Source: Thecamonas trahens ATCC 50062 (lineage: Eukaryota > Protista > Apusomonadida). Taken from it: DNA of 64,000 bases. Each line of letters opens with the position of its first letter. Position 1 is the first letter of the stretch. The stretch spans positions 62,001-126,000 of the forward strand of contig NW_013657665.1 of NCBI RefSeq assembly GCF_000142905.1. The letters run 5' to 3'. The notes beneath the pieces are model-generated. The model was not told where the DNA came from. It saw only the letters and a list, made by a program, of their open reading frames with translations, and made no database searches. Both the position numbers and the translations under genes were made by a program. Positions 1-11,669 of the stretch are shown here, one piece after another.

Positions 1-1894
1 GCGGGTTGGTTCGCGAGAACGAGAGCGCGTCCACCACGTCAGAGTGCTGCACAAGCGTCGTCAGCGCTGCTCCGTACCGGTACTTCCACACCACAAGCTG
101 CCGACGGTTCGTAACAGCGAGTACCTTGTCCACAGCCTCAAAGTAGTACATTCGTCCCAGTGCCAGCGCCGCGCCAGCCTCCTCCTCGACGCTACCACCG
201 ACTCCGCCTCCACCGCCACCTCTAGCGGCCGCGGCCTCACTTTCGCCGCGCTCGCTTGCTCCACTTGCCCCGGTCCCACCGCTCCCCTTGCCCGGCAGTA
301 GCGTAGCAAGCACCGAGGTGACGTCGGTAAAGGTAGCCAAGTCGTAAATGATCGGCTCGTCCGAGCCGGCCGACGCCCACAGCGTCGCCGTGGAGTTGAC
401 AAATGTGAGGCCCGTGATCGACGCCGCGTGCGACCGAAAGGTGTGGACAAGGATGAGAGACCCATACTCATTGGGCTCGGATGCCGGAGGTGCTACGTAC
501 GACCAGACTCGGATGGCGCGGTCGTGCGAGCCCGAGGCAAGCCATCCGTCCGCGCCCATCGATGCCGCCAGCGCCGTGATCCCGAGCTCATGTGCGTCTT
601 CCCGGTGAACCTTGAGCACTAGTGCCTTCTTTTGCTGCGAGAAGACCCACCCGCAGAGCGCACCAGAGTCCGTGGCCGTCACCAGCAGATGCGCATACGG
701 CATGTACACCATATGCCGTGTCCCGCGCATCTCTGCAGACGGGTTCCGTCTCGCCCGCCGCGGCTTCGTCATGTTGGTCATGTCGAGCGCAAGCAGCGCA
801 GCCTGTCTGCTCGCTGAGCTTCCGATACCGGCGCCGCTCGGCCCACCAGCACCACGCCCGCCCACCCGTGGAAGCACCTCGTGCCAGTCCGAGTGCACAC
901 CATCGCTCCGGTTGTAGCTGTAAAGCCGGAGCGCGTCCTTGAACACCGCCACAAGCACGTCGTCGCCGGGCAGCCAGGCCAGGCAAAAGACAGGCTCCGG
1001 ACGGTCGATGGCCGGCGCGAGCTTGGCCCGCAGTGCCCCAAGCTCGGCTGCCGCCGCGTTGCGATCGGCAACAGCCTGCGCCTTGACTCGTGCCGCCAGT
1101 GCCCCACCCACAGCCTCGGCACGCTCAATCTTCTCGGTCGCCGTCCGAAGCTTGACCTTGAGCTCGTCGAACCGCGACGAGCTCCGCAAATACTGCGCAA
1201 TCGGCAGCGAGTGCGCCGGTGCCGGCGGCGCGGCCATGCTCAGAAACTTGAGCGCCTTTTGCGTCTGCGCATAGTGCCACACAATGATCTCGCCGCCGAG
1301 CGAGGCCGAGAATAGCTTCTTGAGCCCGTCGACGTAGAGCAGGTCGGTGACAGTCCCGGTGTGGCCGTCATAGGTCGCTACTAGTTGTGTTGTCGTTGAG
1401 GAGATGTCCCACACCTTGACCGTCTCATCCTCTGAACCAGTAAAGACGACCGACGCGTGCGTGTTGAAGGCTGCACAGACAACCGACTTTGCGTGAATGG
1501 TAGCCGATCCCGCGCCACTACTCCGCTTGCCTTGACCACCCTCCCACTTTCGCCACGGCGGTTCCCCGCTCTGAGAGTTGAAAGTATCTTCCGATCCCAA
1601 CGGAAGTGGCTTGTGCAGCGGTGAGCCGCGGTACTTGTCGACGAGTGCCTCGATGGCCCCAGGATCCAGCCCGCTCTTGTGACTCCTTCTCCTCGACAAG
1701 CTCTCACCACCACTGATACTCATGCCGATACCAGATGAGTGTAGACCACTCTCTCCACTTGCCATCAAACTTCCATCACGTCCGCTGGCTGGTCGATTGC
1801 TACCACGATGATGTCCAACACGCCCACGACCAGTTCCACTGCCAGTGCCCACTGTTCGCGCAGAGTCCGACGGAATAAACCGCTCAAACTCCAT
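1..1894 (-). CDS. WD40-repeat protein (runs off the left edge of the window)
   Basis: Manual translation from ATG at 1894 gives an open frame to base 1 with WD motifs: VFTGSEDETVKVWD, GHTGTVTDL...IIVW, LASGSHDRAIRVW, HAASITGL, HSDVVDAL. It is absent from the ORF track because there is no stop inside the window. Confidence 0.85.
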   Translation of the reverse strand, partial: MEFERFIPSDSARTVGTGSGTGRGRVGHHRGSNRPASGRDGSLMASGESGLHSSGIGMSISGGESLSRRRSHKSGLDPGAIEALVDKYRGSPLHKPLPLGSEDTFNSQSGEPPWRKWEGGQGKRSSGAGSATIHAKSVVCAAFNTHASVVFTGSEDETVKVWDISSTTTQLVATYDGHTGTVTDLLYVDGLKKLFSASLGGEIIVWHYAQTQKALKFLSMAAPPAPAHSLPIAQYLRSSSRFDELKVKLRTATEKIERAEAVGGALAARVKAQAVADRNAAAAELGALRAKLAPAIDRPEPVFCLAWLPGDDVLVAVFKDALRLYSYNRSDGVHSDWHEVLPRVGGRGAGGPSGAGIGSSASRQAALLALDMTNMTKPRRARRNPSAEMRGTRHMVYMPYAHLLVTATDSGALCGWVFSQQKKALVLKVHREDAHELGITALAASMGADGWLASGSHDRAIRVWSYVAPPASEPNEYGSLILVHTFRSHAASITGLTFVNSTATLWASAGSDEPIIYDLATFTDVTSVLATLLPGKGSGGTGASGASERGESEAAAARGGGGGGVGGSVEEEAGAALALGRMYYFEAVDKVLAVTNRRQLVVWKYRYGAALTTLVQHSDVVDALSFSRTNP

Positions 1895-2197
1895 ACTCAC
1901 TCCAGCTACGCTCACACAAGTAAGTAGAACAGGTACTTCTCGTGTCCTACTTGCTCGTTGCCAGACTGGAGTGCGGTGTACTTCCTTTCGGTCCCCTCGC
2001 CATACCCTTTCCCCTCGCTCTCGTCACCCTGGCGGTTAGTCGCTCGCTCGCCGAATTGCCGCCAAAGCTCGCCCAGAGCCACCAAGGCTCCCAGAGCCGC
2101 CAGACTGCTGATTTGGCGCGCATGCAGTTGAGAACCTCGTTCATTTTTCATCCTGTTCGCGTGCAACACATCCCTTTCTTCCATCCTCTCCAGTCTT

Positions 2198-2953
2198 TTA
2201 CTGTTTGGCGTTGTCATCAACCTTGTTCTCCTCGTTGTCAGCGTCAGCGCGCCGAGCGCGTCGAAAGGCAGCAAGCTGGCGAGAGATCGACGGCGTGATG
2301 GCGAGCGTGACCGCGAGTCGAAGTGGCTCTGTGAGCTTGGTCGCCACCCATGCCAGCATAAAGTCGCCTGTCGACTTGGTCACCTTGAGATCCGTCGACG
2401 ACATGCCCGGGAGATGGAGCGCGTCCAGGTGGTAGTCCTTGACCAGCGAGGTCACATCGCCCGGGACAATTTCTCCGGTCTTGACTCCCATGTACAGACC
2501 CGAGAGAGTCACCACGTACACACCGAGATACGTGGTGATACCCACCATGCCATACTTTGTCCAAAGCTGCCGGAACTTGCCGCCTTTCTTCCCCTCGGCC
2601 TCAGCTTCGGCCTCGGCCTTGGTCTCGACCTGCGTCGCCGTGGGCATCGGCGTCTGTGCCACGATCTTCTCCACCTCGTCAAGCTTCCTCCCGATTCCGG
2701 TCCCAGCCGCCTCTGCCCCAGCGGCAGCTCCAGCACCAGAACTAGCGCCCGACACATCGCTGGCGCTACCGCCAGACGCGGCATCCTCATCCTTGCTCGA
2801 GGGGAAGCTTCCCGAGCTCGGCTGACCACCAGCGACCTCACGACCTGGCCGAGAACTCGCAGACACTCCCCGCATTGCTTGGCCACACACACTAGCTGAT
2901 GTCCATCGCCCGTTTGCTCCGGCAAGCCCAGTCCTTGCAACAAGTCGCAGCAT
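2198..2953 (-). CDS. FAM210/DUF1279 family mitochondrial membrane protein
   Basis: KFRQLWTKYGMVGITTYLGV and DFMLAWVATKLTEPLRLAVTLAITP motifs. The Arg/Ser-rich N-terminus (MLRLVARTGLA) resembles a mitochondrial transit peptide. Confidence 0.85.
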   Translation of the reverse strand: MLRLVARTGLAGANGRWTSASVCGQAMRGVSASSRPGREVAGGQPSSGSFPSSKDEDAASGGSASDVSGASSGAGAAAGAEAAGTGIGRKLDEVEKIVAQTPMPTATQVETKAEAEAEAEGKKGGKFRQLWTKYGMVGITTYLGVYVVTLSGLYMGVKTGEIVPGDVTSLVKDYHLDALHLPGMSSTDLKVTKSTGDFMLAWVATKLTEPLRLAVTLAITPSISRQLAAFRRARRADADNEENKVDDNAKQ

Positions 2954-3707
2954 GTCGTCCAAAGCTCACCTACTGGTTGATCGACGCAGAGAGGTGCCAC
3001 TCGGCTCTAGCCGAGCGACAAGCGATGCGGGACCAACCAATTGCCTTGATCCTCTCGTCGTATGACATCATCACCACAGAGTTTGTGTCTCAGCTAGTGA
3101 GATGGAGCTTGTACGGCTGGCGGCCTCCCGTCGAGCGTTGACGGCTGGCGGCCTCCCATCGAACGTGGATGGTGGTGAGAGAGACGCATCTGCTGGCGTG
3201 TGCGGCCGATCAGCGCAGACTGCTTGGAGCCGTGGCTGGCTCGTCATAGGCACGGTGCAATGCGAGCTATCTACGAGGCGAGCAATAAGTGAGCTGTGTT
3301 GTGTTGATGGCGTGGCGCAGCGAGGCCGTGAGGGGTACGTACTAGCATGCAGATCGCCAGGTGGTGATGAGCGGTTGCAGTTGCAAACCAGTGCAGAGGT
3401 TTCGCAGTCGGTCCATCCGCCACTACTGCCGTATCGCCATCAGCATGCAAGGTGTGTGACCCGTGCTCGGGAGCAAGGGCTCGGGATCAGTGTCGACGAG
3501 GCGCTCGTGGGTGTGCAGGGCGCGAGTAGGTTGGATACCGGTGGCAGGCGGGAGCAAAAATAAATAGACAAAAATTGTATTGCCGAGACAACTCTGCCTT
3601 TGCCAACCACACCACGCGTGGGTCGAGCGAGTGGAGAGCGAAGAGCGGAGGTCAGCCACGTGAGCGTCAGACTGCTCTGTTGCTCGGGGCGAGCAGGAAG
3701 CGGGAGC

Positions 3708-5866
3708 ATGATGAAGGTGATGATTGTTAGGGAGAGGAAGGGCAATAGAGAGCAAGTACAGAACGTTGCTGTCAAATGTGCTGTTGTCATTGCTACAGCA
3801 CTTGTCATCAGTATCTATCTCTACGCCCACCACTACCACCCTTACCTCCCTCGGGACTTGCCCCAAGACGAGCTCGACGTTATCAACTACCTCGAGTACC
3901 AGCGTCCGTTTACCCCTGCTGAGATTACCTCTGCCTCACTCAAGCACTCGATAGAGTTGGCACGGGACACACAAGGCATTGCTGCTGTTATGCTCAACTG
4001 GTACGTGCCCTTTGTATTCCTCTTAACCCTCATCTATCCCCCCTTGCCCTTGCTTCCTGCCTACCTGCCTGACTGCCTGTGGATGGCGGCAACATTGCGT
4101 TTTGGTCGACTGAAAGTCGTTTGGTACCAACTTCGTGGCCCTCCTCCGCTCCCCCTCCCCCCTACCACTGGCCTTTATCCACCTGGCACATGTCCATGGT
4201 GTACTTTTACATAGCACCATCCTCCTTATACGGTCATCTAGTATGGCATTGACCTCGTTCTTCAGTTGGTATACTGGGGAATGGCTGTACCTCGCAGAAT
4301 GACCGCCACCCCCCCCCCCCCCCCTCTTCCCCCACTTTCCTTTCCCTCTGTTGAGCGCATTCTCGTTATCAATGTTATCATTGTTGGCTTTGTACCATCA
4401 TTTTGCATTGGCTTTGGAGCGGATCCGCCTCGACATGGCCTCGATATGGCTGGCATCGACATGGTCGGCTTGAGATGGCTGGCCTCGACATGGTCGGCCT
4501 CGACATGGTCGGCTTGAGACGACATGCCGTGGTGTGTGATGAGAGGACTCACGTACCGTACCATCTATTTCGACGGGGCGATGACAGGAAACGACTGGAC
4601 AACCTGAGGGTGATCATGCAGAACCTGCGCGAGGCGGGCCACTACAGCGAGTTTGTGGTGTGGAACAACAACCCGGATACTGTGCTCAACGAGGAGCTCA
4701 TCTTTGGTGAGCGGATCCCGGAGCGGGTTGTTGTGGTCAACTCGGTGGACAACCTCAAGGACTTTGGCAAGTACCTCGGCTGCCAGCGGGCAGTGGCGGA
4801 GATCTGCTACATGCAGGACGACGACTGGGACTCGTCGAGCTACCGAGTGAGCCTGCTGTACTCGTTCCTTGGCCAGCCCGGCGTCGAACACGGGGTGACC
4901 AACGCGCGGACGTTTATGCAGAACATGGCGTGGACGTGCTACAACGCCGCTGCCAGGATCCACGCTGGATTCATGTGGGGTGGGTGTGGCTCGGTCTTCT
5001 CGCGCGACGCTGCTGTCCGGCACATCGGCCTGATCAACTCGCTGCTCCCGGTCGAGTTCAAGTACATCTCGGACCTGTTCTTTCCGCTGTGGTACAACCA
5101 GCCGCCGATTGTGTACACGCTGCCGCTCGACCAAGGCGAGCTCGACACCAACGACGCCATCTCGGAGCAAGAGGGTTTCAGCGAGTTTATGTATGAGGCC
5201 GGCATCCTCGCCATGGATCGGCTCTGGACGGCCGACGAGAGCATCTTTCGCAGCCGCAAGCGCATGAAGCGGCAGATCACTCACGCCATCCGCACCGACG
5301 ACGGCGGCATGTTCCTCACCAACACGGGTGTCAACCGTGAGTTCGAACTCGAGACCTGCACTCTCGAGGACGACGCCGAGCGCTTCACGCTCGACCGCAC
5401 GCCGTGCACCGACAGTCGGCGCCACTGCGGCGTCCGCAATCACTACTTTGCACACCCGCCCATGTTTGCCATCGACGGCGATCCAAAGACGTGCTACGAG
5501 GCTGCCGTCGCGCCCGGCCGACCCGCGTTCTTCGGCTTTGACCTCCTTGCCCCGCACAAGGGCGTCACCATCCGCGCCTCGATCGGCGCGTACGGCAAGG
5601 GCGCCCGCGACGCGCTCGCCCCTCTCACCACCGCCGTCAACGTCTCGATCTCGCTCGAGTCCGAGGTCTGGCGCACCTTTGCCACGCCGGCCCTGGGCAT
5701 CTCGGGCCGTACCCTCGAATCTCGCTCATTCTCGCTCGACTCTCGCTCTATGGCCGGTGAGACCCAGGTCTTCCGCTCCTTCATCATCACTCTCCCGCCC
5801 GTCGTTGACATGTACGTGCTCCAGATCTGCGAGCTCACAGTCAACGGTGACAAGTACGTTGTGTAG
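3708..5866 (+). CDS. Type II membrane GT-A glycosyltransferase (GT64/EXTL2-like) with C-terminal discoidin-like domain, copy 1; exons 3708-4000 and 4588-5866
   Basis: N-terminal transmembrane anchor. Splicing GTACGT(4001)...CAG(4587) yields MLNW|KRLDNL. Motifs EFVVWNNNP, CYMQDDD (DxD) and FAIDGDPKTCY. Confidence 0.8.
4427..4525. repeat. Degenerate 15-bp tandem repeat (ggcctcgacatggtc-like) inside an intron
   Basis: About six imperfect units visible inside intron 4001-4587. Confidence 0.7.
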
Positions 5867-6319
5867 CCTCCCCTCCCTCCCGCGCCCCGCGCCCCGCGCC
5901 CCGCGCCCCGCCTCCTTGTGTTGGCCGTTCAGTACCTTGCTCGTGGCAGCTGGCAATCACCAGCTTAGGCGAGTGGAGCAAAGGCGACTATCGTCACCTG
6001 CTCGTCCCGATCAGTCCGCTGATGGACTGGTTGGACAATCTCACCCACCAACGCCCCGAGCCAGACAAAATACGTAAAAGACCTTGGCTACCACAACAAG
6101 CACCACCCCCCCCCCCCTCCCCCCCTCCCCACCCCACCCCACTCACCCACTCCGCCGCCGATGCTGAAAAAAAAAATCATAAAGGAGGAAAAAGCGACGG
6201 AGAGTGCAAGCGAAATCGACAGCAGCGGAAGGCGGGAGAGTCGGCAACGTGGATTGGGCCATTTCACTCGATTACGGTCGAGGCCACGTTTCTCCATTGT
6301 GGGAGGCTTGCAGACAACC

Positions 6320-8515
6320 ATGTTGAAGGGTCAGAAGTCCGAGAGTGTATACCAAAAGCCTAGCCGTACTGTCAAGGTTTTAACCATTGTACTCCTTTGC
6401 TTGCTTGTCGGTACCTTTATCCGCTTACGTGAGCGCATCCTCTATCCCTACATCCCAGCTGATGTGCCACAGGACGAGCTTGACCGCATGAACTACGTCA
6501 CCTACAAGCGCCCGTTTACAAAGGAGGAGATCCTCACAGCTGCACGTGCGAGCTCCTTGGAGTATGTCGCAGACTCCCAAGGCATTGCTGTTGTTATGCT
6601 CAACTGGTATGTCTGACTCTCTCCTCCTCCTCTTCCTCTATCCTCCCCAACCCCTCCCCTCCCCCTCCCCCTCCCGAGCCCGTGCTTGGGTGGATGGCTC
6701 TGTTTTCGTTTGTTTCACGGAATCGGGCGGGTGCCATGCACCACCTTCCAACCACCACGTATAAGGCCCTACCATTTGCCATACCAACACCACGCCTTTT
6801 ATAGCCATATACGTGGATGTATCATCCTCAATTCTTTCTCCATCTCTACTTGCATGGCTATGCGAACTTGCTATCCCTCGATAGAGCTGGTTGTTGCCAC
6901 TGGCCCTCTCCACACCCCCCACGTGCGGTGGTTTTGCAAGCCAACCGCAGGTGTCATGGGCATGACATTGACCACCAGGCTATCAGCCTCCACCTATGCC
7001 CATGTGTTCCTCCGTCTATCTATCTCTCTATCTATCTCTCTCTCTCTCTCTCTTGGTCTTGTCGCTCTGGCTCCCGCTGGTCATGCTGGCCGCTGCAGCG
7101 AATGTGTGGCGGTTGCGGTTGCGGTTGCGGCAGTTGCAGCTGATGGCTCGGCTGCAGCCCGGGACCCGCCCGGTTTCACTCCCCCCCCCCCCCCCCCCCC
7201 CCCTTCCCCACTCACACATGCGGGTAACGGTGACAGGAAGCGACTGGACAACCTCAAGCTGATCATGCAGGAGCTGCATGCCGACGGAATCTACAGCGAG
7301 TTTGTGGTGTGGAACAACAACCCGGATACTGTGCTCAACGAGGAGCTCATCTTTGGTGAGCGGATCCCGGAGCGGGTTGTTGTGGTCAACTCGGTGGACA
7401 ACCTCAAGGACTTTGGCAAGTACCTCGGCTGCCAGCGGGCAGTGGCGGAGATCTGCTACATGCAGGACGACGACTGGGACTCGTCGGGCTACCGGGAGAG
7501 CCTTCTGCACTCGTTCCTCGCCCGGCCCGGTACCGAGCACGGTGTGACCAACAAGCACACCTCGATCCAGAACTGGGCATGGACGTGCTACAACGCCGCT
7601 GCCAGGATCCACGCTGGATTCATGTGGGGTGGGTGTGGCTCGGTCTTCTCGCGCGACGCTGCTGTCCGGCACATCGGCCTCATCCACTCGCTGCTCCCGG
7701 TCGAGTTCAAGTACATCTCGGACTTTTTCTTCCCCATTTGGCACAACGAGCCGCCCGTCGTCTACACCGTCGACATCAAGCAGGGCGAGCTCGACACCAA
7801 CGACGCCATTTCGGAAGAGACCGGCTTTGGCAAGTTTATGCACGAGGCCGGTGTCCTCGCCATGGACCGGCTCTGGACGGCCGACGAGAGCATCTTCCGC
7901 AACCGCAAGCGCCAGCTCCGCCACATCACCCACGCCATCCGCGCCGACGACGGCGGCCTCTTCCTCACCAACACGGGCGTCCAGCGTGACTTTGAGCGTG
8001 TTTCGTGCACCCTCGAGGACGACCCCGCCCGGTTCACCTTTGATCGCACCCTCTGCCGCACTTCTAACCGCCTCTGTGGCATCCATCACCAATACCTCAA
8101 CCACATGCCGCCTTTTGCCATCGACGACGACCCGAACACCTGCTACGAGGGTGCCGTCCTCCCGGGCCGCCCGGCCTTCTTTGGCTACGACCTCCTCACC
8201 CCGCACACCGACGTCATCATTTCGGCAAAGATGGGCGGCTACGGCTACGGTGCCGTCCACGCCCTCTCCCCCATCGGCAATGCACTCAACGTCTCCATCT
8301 CGCTCGACGCACAGGTCTGGCACTCGCTGGTAACCCCGGCACTCCGCGTGAGGGAGACCTCCGACGGCCTGCTCACCTTTACGCTCGACTCCAGTGCCAT
8401 GGCTGGTGAGACCCAGGCCTTCCGCGCCTTTATCGTCACCCTCCCGCCCGCCGAAGACATGTACATGCTGCAGGTCTGCCACCTGAACGTCGTCGGCAAC
8501 AAGGTCCGGTCATGA
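6320..8515 (+). CDS. GT64-like glycosyltransferase, tandem paralogue copy 2; exons 6320-6606 and 7237-8515
   Basis: Same architecture and same intron position as copy 1 (GTATGT 6607...CAG 7236, MLNW|KRLDNL). An alternative upstream ATG lies at 6161. Confidence 0.8.
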
Positions 8516-9070
8516 TCCACACCTTGTTGTCACGCGTCTGTCGCTCCCCTGTGGGCATGTTGTCGCTGTAATGGCAATGCCCGTGGCTTGGAGTACTCGC
8601 ACCCAGCTCGGCCCTGGCCAGGTCCGTCTCGTCACACACGCTCTTTCTCCTCTGGCTCTCCCCTTTCGAGGAGATCCTCATCAGTACCGCTCACCCCTTG
8701 AATGTATTCATCTCCATCATCATCCTCTTTCACCGGCTGCCTTGCCTGCCATCCGCGGGCCGCTGTTCGCGGATATTGCTACGCCCACTGTACACTCTAA
8801 TGCCGATGCTGGTGGAGCAGTGCTCACCATGAACAAGAGACTCGCCATTCGAGTTTCCATGCCGATGCTGCACACGACCATCTTGTCGTCTTGCTGAAAA
8901 CTCTCCCAGTTTGCTGCTGCCACAGACCCACGCCGACGCCGTCACGGTCACCGCATCAGCGTCGCAACGGCGAGCGTGACGAGAGCAGATTTCTAGCTCC
9001 ACAACGGCAACAACTCATCTCGTCGAGGAAGGGGGGTACATAGCAAGGTTGGCTCGGCTAGGGCAGTAGC

Positions 9071-10639
9071 ATGGCGCGGCAAGTTGAGCAGACAACAGGC
9101 CTGAGAACGGCGGGAAGCTCGGGTTCGGTCAACCGAGGTGGGCGCAGCAGGCGGTCAGGACGGACGAGGGAACTGCAGAGTGAAGGGAAACGAGCTCGCG
9201 GTGCTGGTTCCAGTCAAAAGACGGCGAGATCGAGGAATGCCAACGGCCACACACATCGTGGTCACGAAAAGTATGGTGCGCAAAGCGAGAGCGATGACGA
9301 CGGGCGCTGGCATGATCAGAGCCAGTCCTGTAGCCGTGATCGCCCTCATCATCGCCGGCGGCAGAGCAGTGGCGACGCCACGTCGAGCTCGTCTGTGGAT
9401 GGACGCAGGACTCCGACCGGGAGGCGATCTGCGGTACCGCCGCTTCCAGATGAGGTGGCTGGCAAGGCGCAGGGGATGGGGATGACCATGTTTGTGCCTC
9501 TTCACAGCGGCAGCCGGAGCCGCGGCGCGGTAGGCCCGGTCAATGGCGGAGAGGGCGCGGGGATGCCCGGTCCGTCGGCGCTGCACTGTGTTCCCGAGCA
9601 CGTTCAGCCGATGCGGCTGCTGCTTTCATTACTTGCGGTGGCGCCGTCGCGATCGGGCTTGTATCGCGGGCTCTGGCGGCCACTGCTATTTACGCTGGTG
9701 CTGGCCGGGACCGGTGCCCTGTCGTGGGCAGCTCTGCTCGACACCAGGTTCCCCAAGGCACTAATTGTGGGCACTGCCGGGCTCTCACTTGCGTCTGTGG
9801 CCGGATGGCTGAGCCTGGCACATTACCTGGGCTCGGGTCACTCGCGGGCGTCTGCGGGCTTTCTCCTTTCGCTAGCTGAAGGGCGGATGCGGCTGCGGCT
9901 GCGATCGACGACGCGGGTGTATGCTTTTGGAGCGCTGCTGGCGAGCGTGGTGCTCTCAGTCGGCTGGCTCGCTGTGTCGTGGATGGCAGTCTCGGGCATC
10001 GACAACAACGACGGAGTGGATGACGATCCGGACTCGAGCATGCCGATCTTCTACATACTGTACGCTGTGGCGGTGCCTGTCAATGTGACGGTGTTTGTGT
10101 TTGCGGTGGCGGTAGCGGCGCTGATGGCGCACATCTCGCGAGCGCAAGTGGCAGCGCTGGCGGTGAGCATGGAGGACGGAACGCTGTCGATGGAGCGGGT
10201 GGTGCGGAAGCATGCGACAATGGCACGGCTGGCGCGGCGGCTGTCGAGCCTGATGCAGAGCTTTGTGGTTCCTGTCTTTATCATCTTTCCTCTCTCGATC
10301 TCGTACCAGCTGTGGGACGCGGCCCGGGCTAGCGAACGCGCTGACAACGAGCTCAACGGCAAGTACTACCTGGTCATCTACGCGCTCGCCCTCATCCTTG
10401 TCGCCACTATCTTTACCTCGATCAACCGCAAGTTTTCCTCGCTCACCGACACAGCAGCCCAGCTCCATCGGGTCGGCTCGCACTCGTTTACCGACATCAA
10501 CACACTGCTGGGCTACCTGGTCGCCTCCCGGCCGCCGTTCCTCATCATGGGTGCCGCACCGAGCCCGGCCATCGTCCCGATCCTTATCCTCGCCTTCTTT
10601 GGCGTTGTCGGCACCCTCATCCATCAGGTATCGCTGTAG
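9071..10639 (+). CDS. Seven-transmembrane gustatory-receptor-like (GRL / 7TM ion channel / DUF3537-like) protein
   Basis: Disordered N-terminus, then seven hydrophobic segments. The TM4-TM5 loop is long and helical (RKHATMARLARRLSSLM). The C-terminus LLGYLV..RPPFLIMG...ILILAFFGVVGTLIHQ resembles the GR TM7a/7b region. Confidence 0.65.
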   Translation: MARQVEQTTGLRTAGSSGSVNRGGRSRRSGRTRELQSEGKRARGAGSSQKTARSRNANGHTHRGHEKYGAQSESDDDGRWHDQSQSCSRDRPHHRRRQSSGDATSSSSVDGRRTPTGRRSAVPPLPDEVAGKAQGMGMTMFVPLHSGSRSRGAVGPVNGGEGAGMPGPSALHCVPEHVQPMRLLLSLLAVAPSRSGLYRGLWRPLLFTLVLAGTGALSWAALLDTRFPKALIVGTAGLSLASVAGWLSLAHYLGSGHSRASAGFLLSLAEGRMRLRLRSTTRVYAFGALLASVVLSVGWLAVSWMAVSGIDNNDGVDDDPDSSMPIFYILYAVAVPVNVTVFVFAVAVAALMAHISRAQVAALAVSMEDGTLSMERVVRKHATMARLARRLSSLMQSFVVPVFIIFPLSISYQLWDAARASERADNELNGKYYLVIYALALILVATIFTSINRKFSSLTDTAAQLHRVGSHSFTDINTLLGYLVASRPPFLIMGAAPSPAIVPILILAFFGVVGTLIHQVSL

Positions 10640-10663
10640 ATACAGAGCATCGGCTCGCATGGT

Positions 10664-11398
10664 CTACGGCAGGCGCAGGCGCGACTCGTCGTCGTCGCCG
10701 TCACCGAGCTCGAGCTCGAGCTCGAGCTCGTCGCCGTCGACAAGGTCAACGTCTTCCAGGTTGGTAAGATCGAGCTCAATGTCGTCGCCACCAAACTCGG
10801 CAGAGCGAGCAGCATCGGCATCTGCTTCAAAGGACGAGAGACGGAGGTAAGAGGAGAGGAGCGACGGCCGCGAGCGCCTTGCGATCCAGTCCGGGACCCA
10901 CGACGGAATGGCGTTGTTTGCCCGAGCGAGACCAACGACGACCCAAATGGCGACAATAGCGCCAATAGCCAAAGCGATGATGATGCCCAGGATAGCCAAG
11001 ACCGAACGATGATCATCGTCACCATGGCTACTCAGAGTACAAGGACCACGATGTCTCACCGAGACCATTGAGGCCATAGCTCGACAAGGAGAGGAGTATG
11101 TAACACCATCACAACCACAGACCGGATCATGAACAGCAATGCAAGCCGTCGGTGGTGTACTACATGTACCTGTACTTCCATCGATATCATGACATGCAAA
11201 CATACCCCAACAAAAGCTTCCCTTCTCACATCCATCTCCTCCTGGTGCTGCTGATGTTGATGAAGTTGATCCTGTTGTGCCAGCCGAGCCGAACGAGCAC
11301 CTGACCACCTCATCGTCTCCCTCTCCCATCACCATCACAGAGCACAAGACGAAGACAACAATGACGACCATAATACAGGTGGACGTGGGAGTATACAT
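10664..11398 (-). CDS. Single-pass membrane protein with extracellular Kazal-type domain
   Basis: Signal-like hydrophobic N-terminus, Kazal pattern CIAVHDPVCGCDGVTYSSPC...HRGPC, TM helix VLAILGIIIALAIGAIVAIWVVVGL and an acidic tail. The start codon is uncertain (11398 or 11371). Confidence 0.8.
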   Translation of the reverse strand: MYTPTSTCIMVVIVVFVLCSVMVMGEGDDEVVRCSFGSAGTTGSTSSTSAAPGGDGCEKGSFCWGMFACHDIDGSTGTCSTPPTACIAVHDPVCGCDGVTYSSPCRAMASMVSVRHRGPCTLSSHGDDDHRSVLAILGIIIALAIGAIVAIWVVVGLARANNAIPSWVPDWIARRSRPSLLSSYLRLSSFEADADAARSAEFGGDDIELDLTNLEDVDLVDGDELELELELGDGDDDESRLRLP

Positions 11399-11669
11399 GA
11401 TGAGCGGGCGTATCAGGGGGGGTGGGTAAAAGGGGGGGGGGGGGGGGGTGAGGTGGTTGCGACTGTGGCTATGGCTGGGACTGGGGGCTGTTCTGTACCT
11501 CGCCATTGTGAGGTGGCAGTGCGGCGAGGGGGAGGGGGTTGTGATCGGATTGGCTCATGGGATCGGAAGGGGGGGATGTAGATCACGATAGGGGGTTGGG
11601 AGAGGAGGGGAGGGTGTCGAGATCGGATCGGATCATGGGATCAAGACAAAGGGATGTAGATCACGAGTG

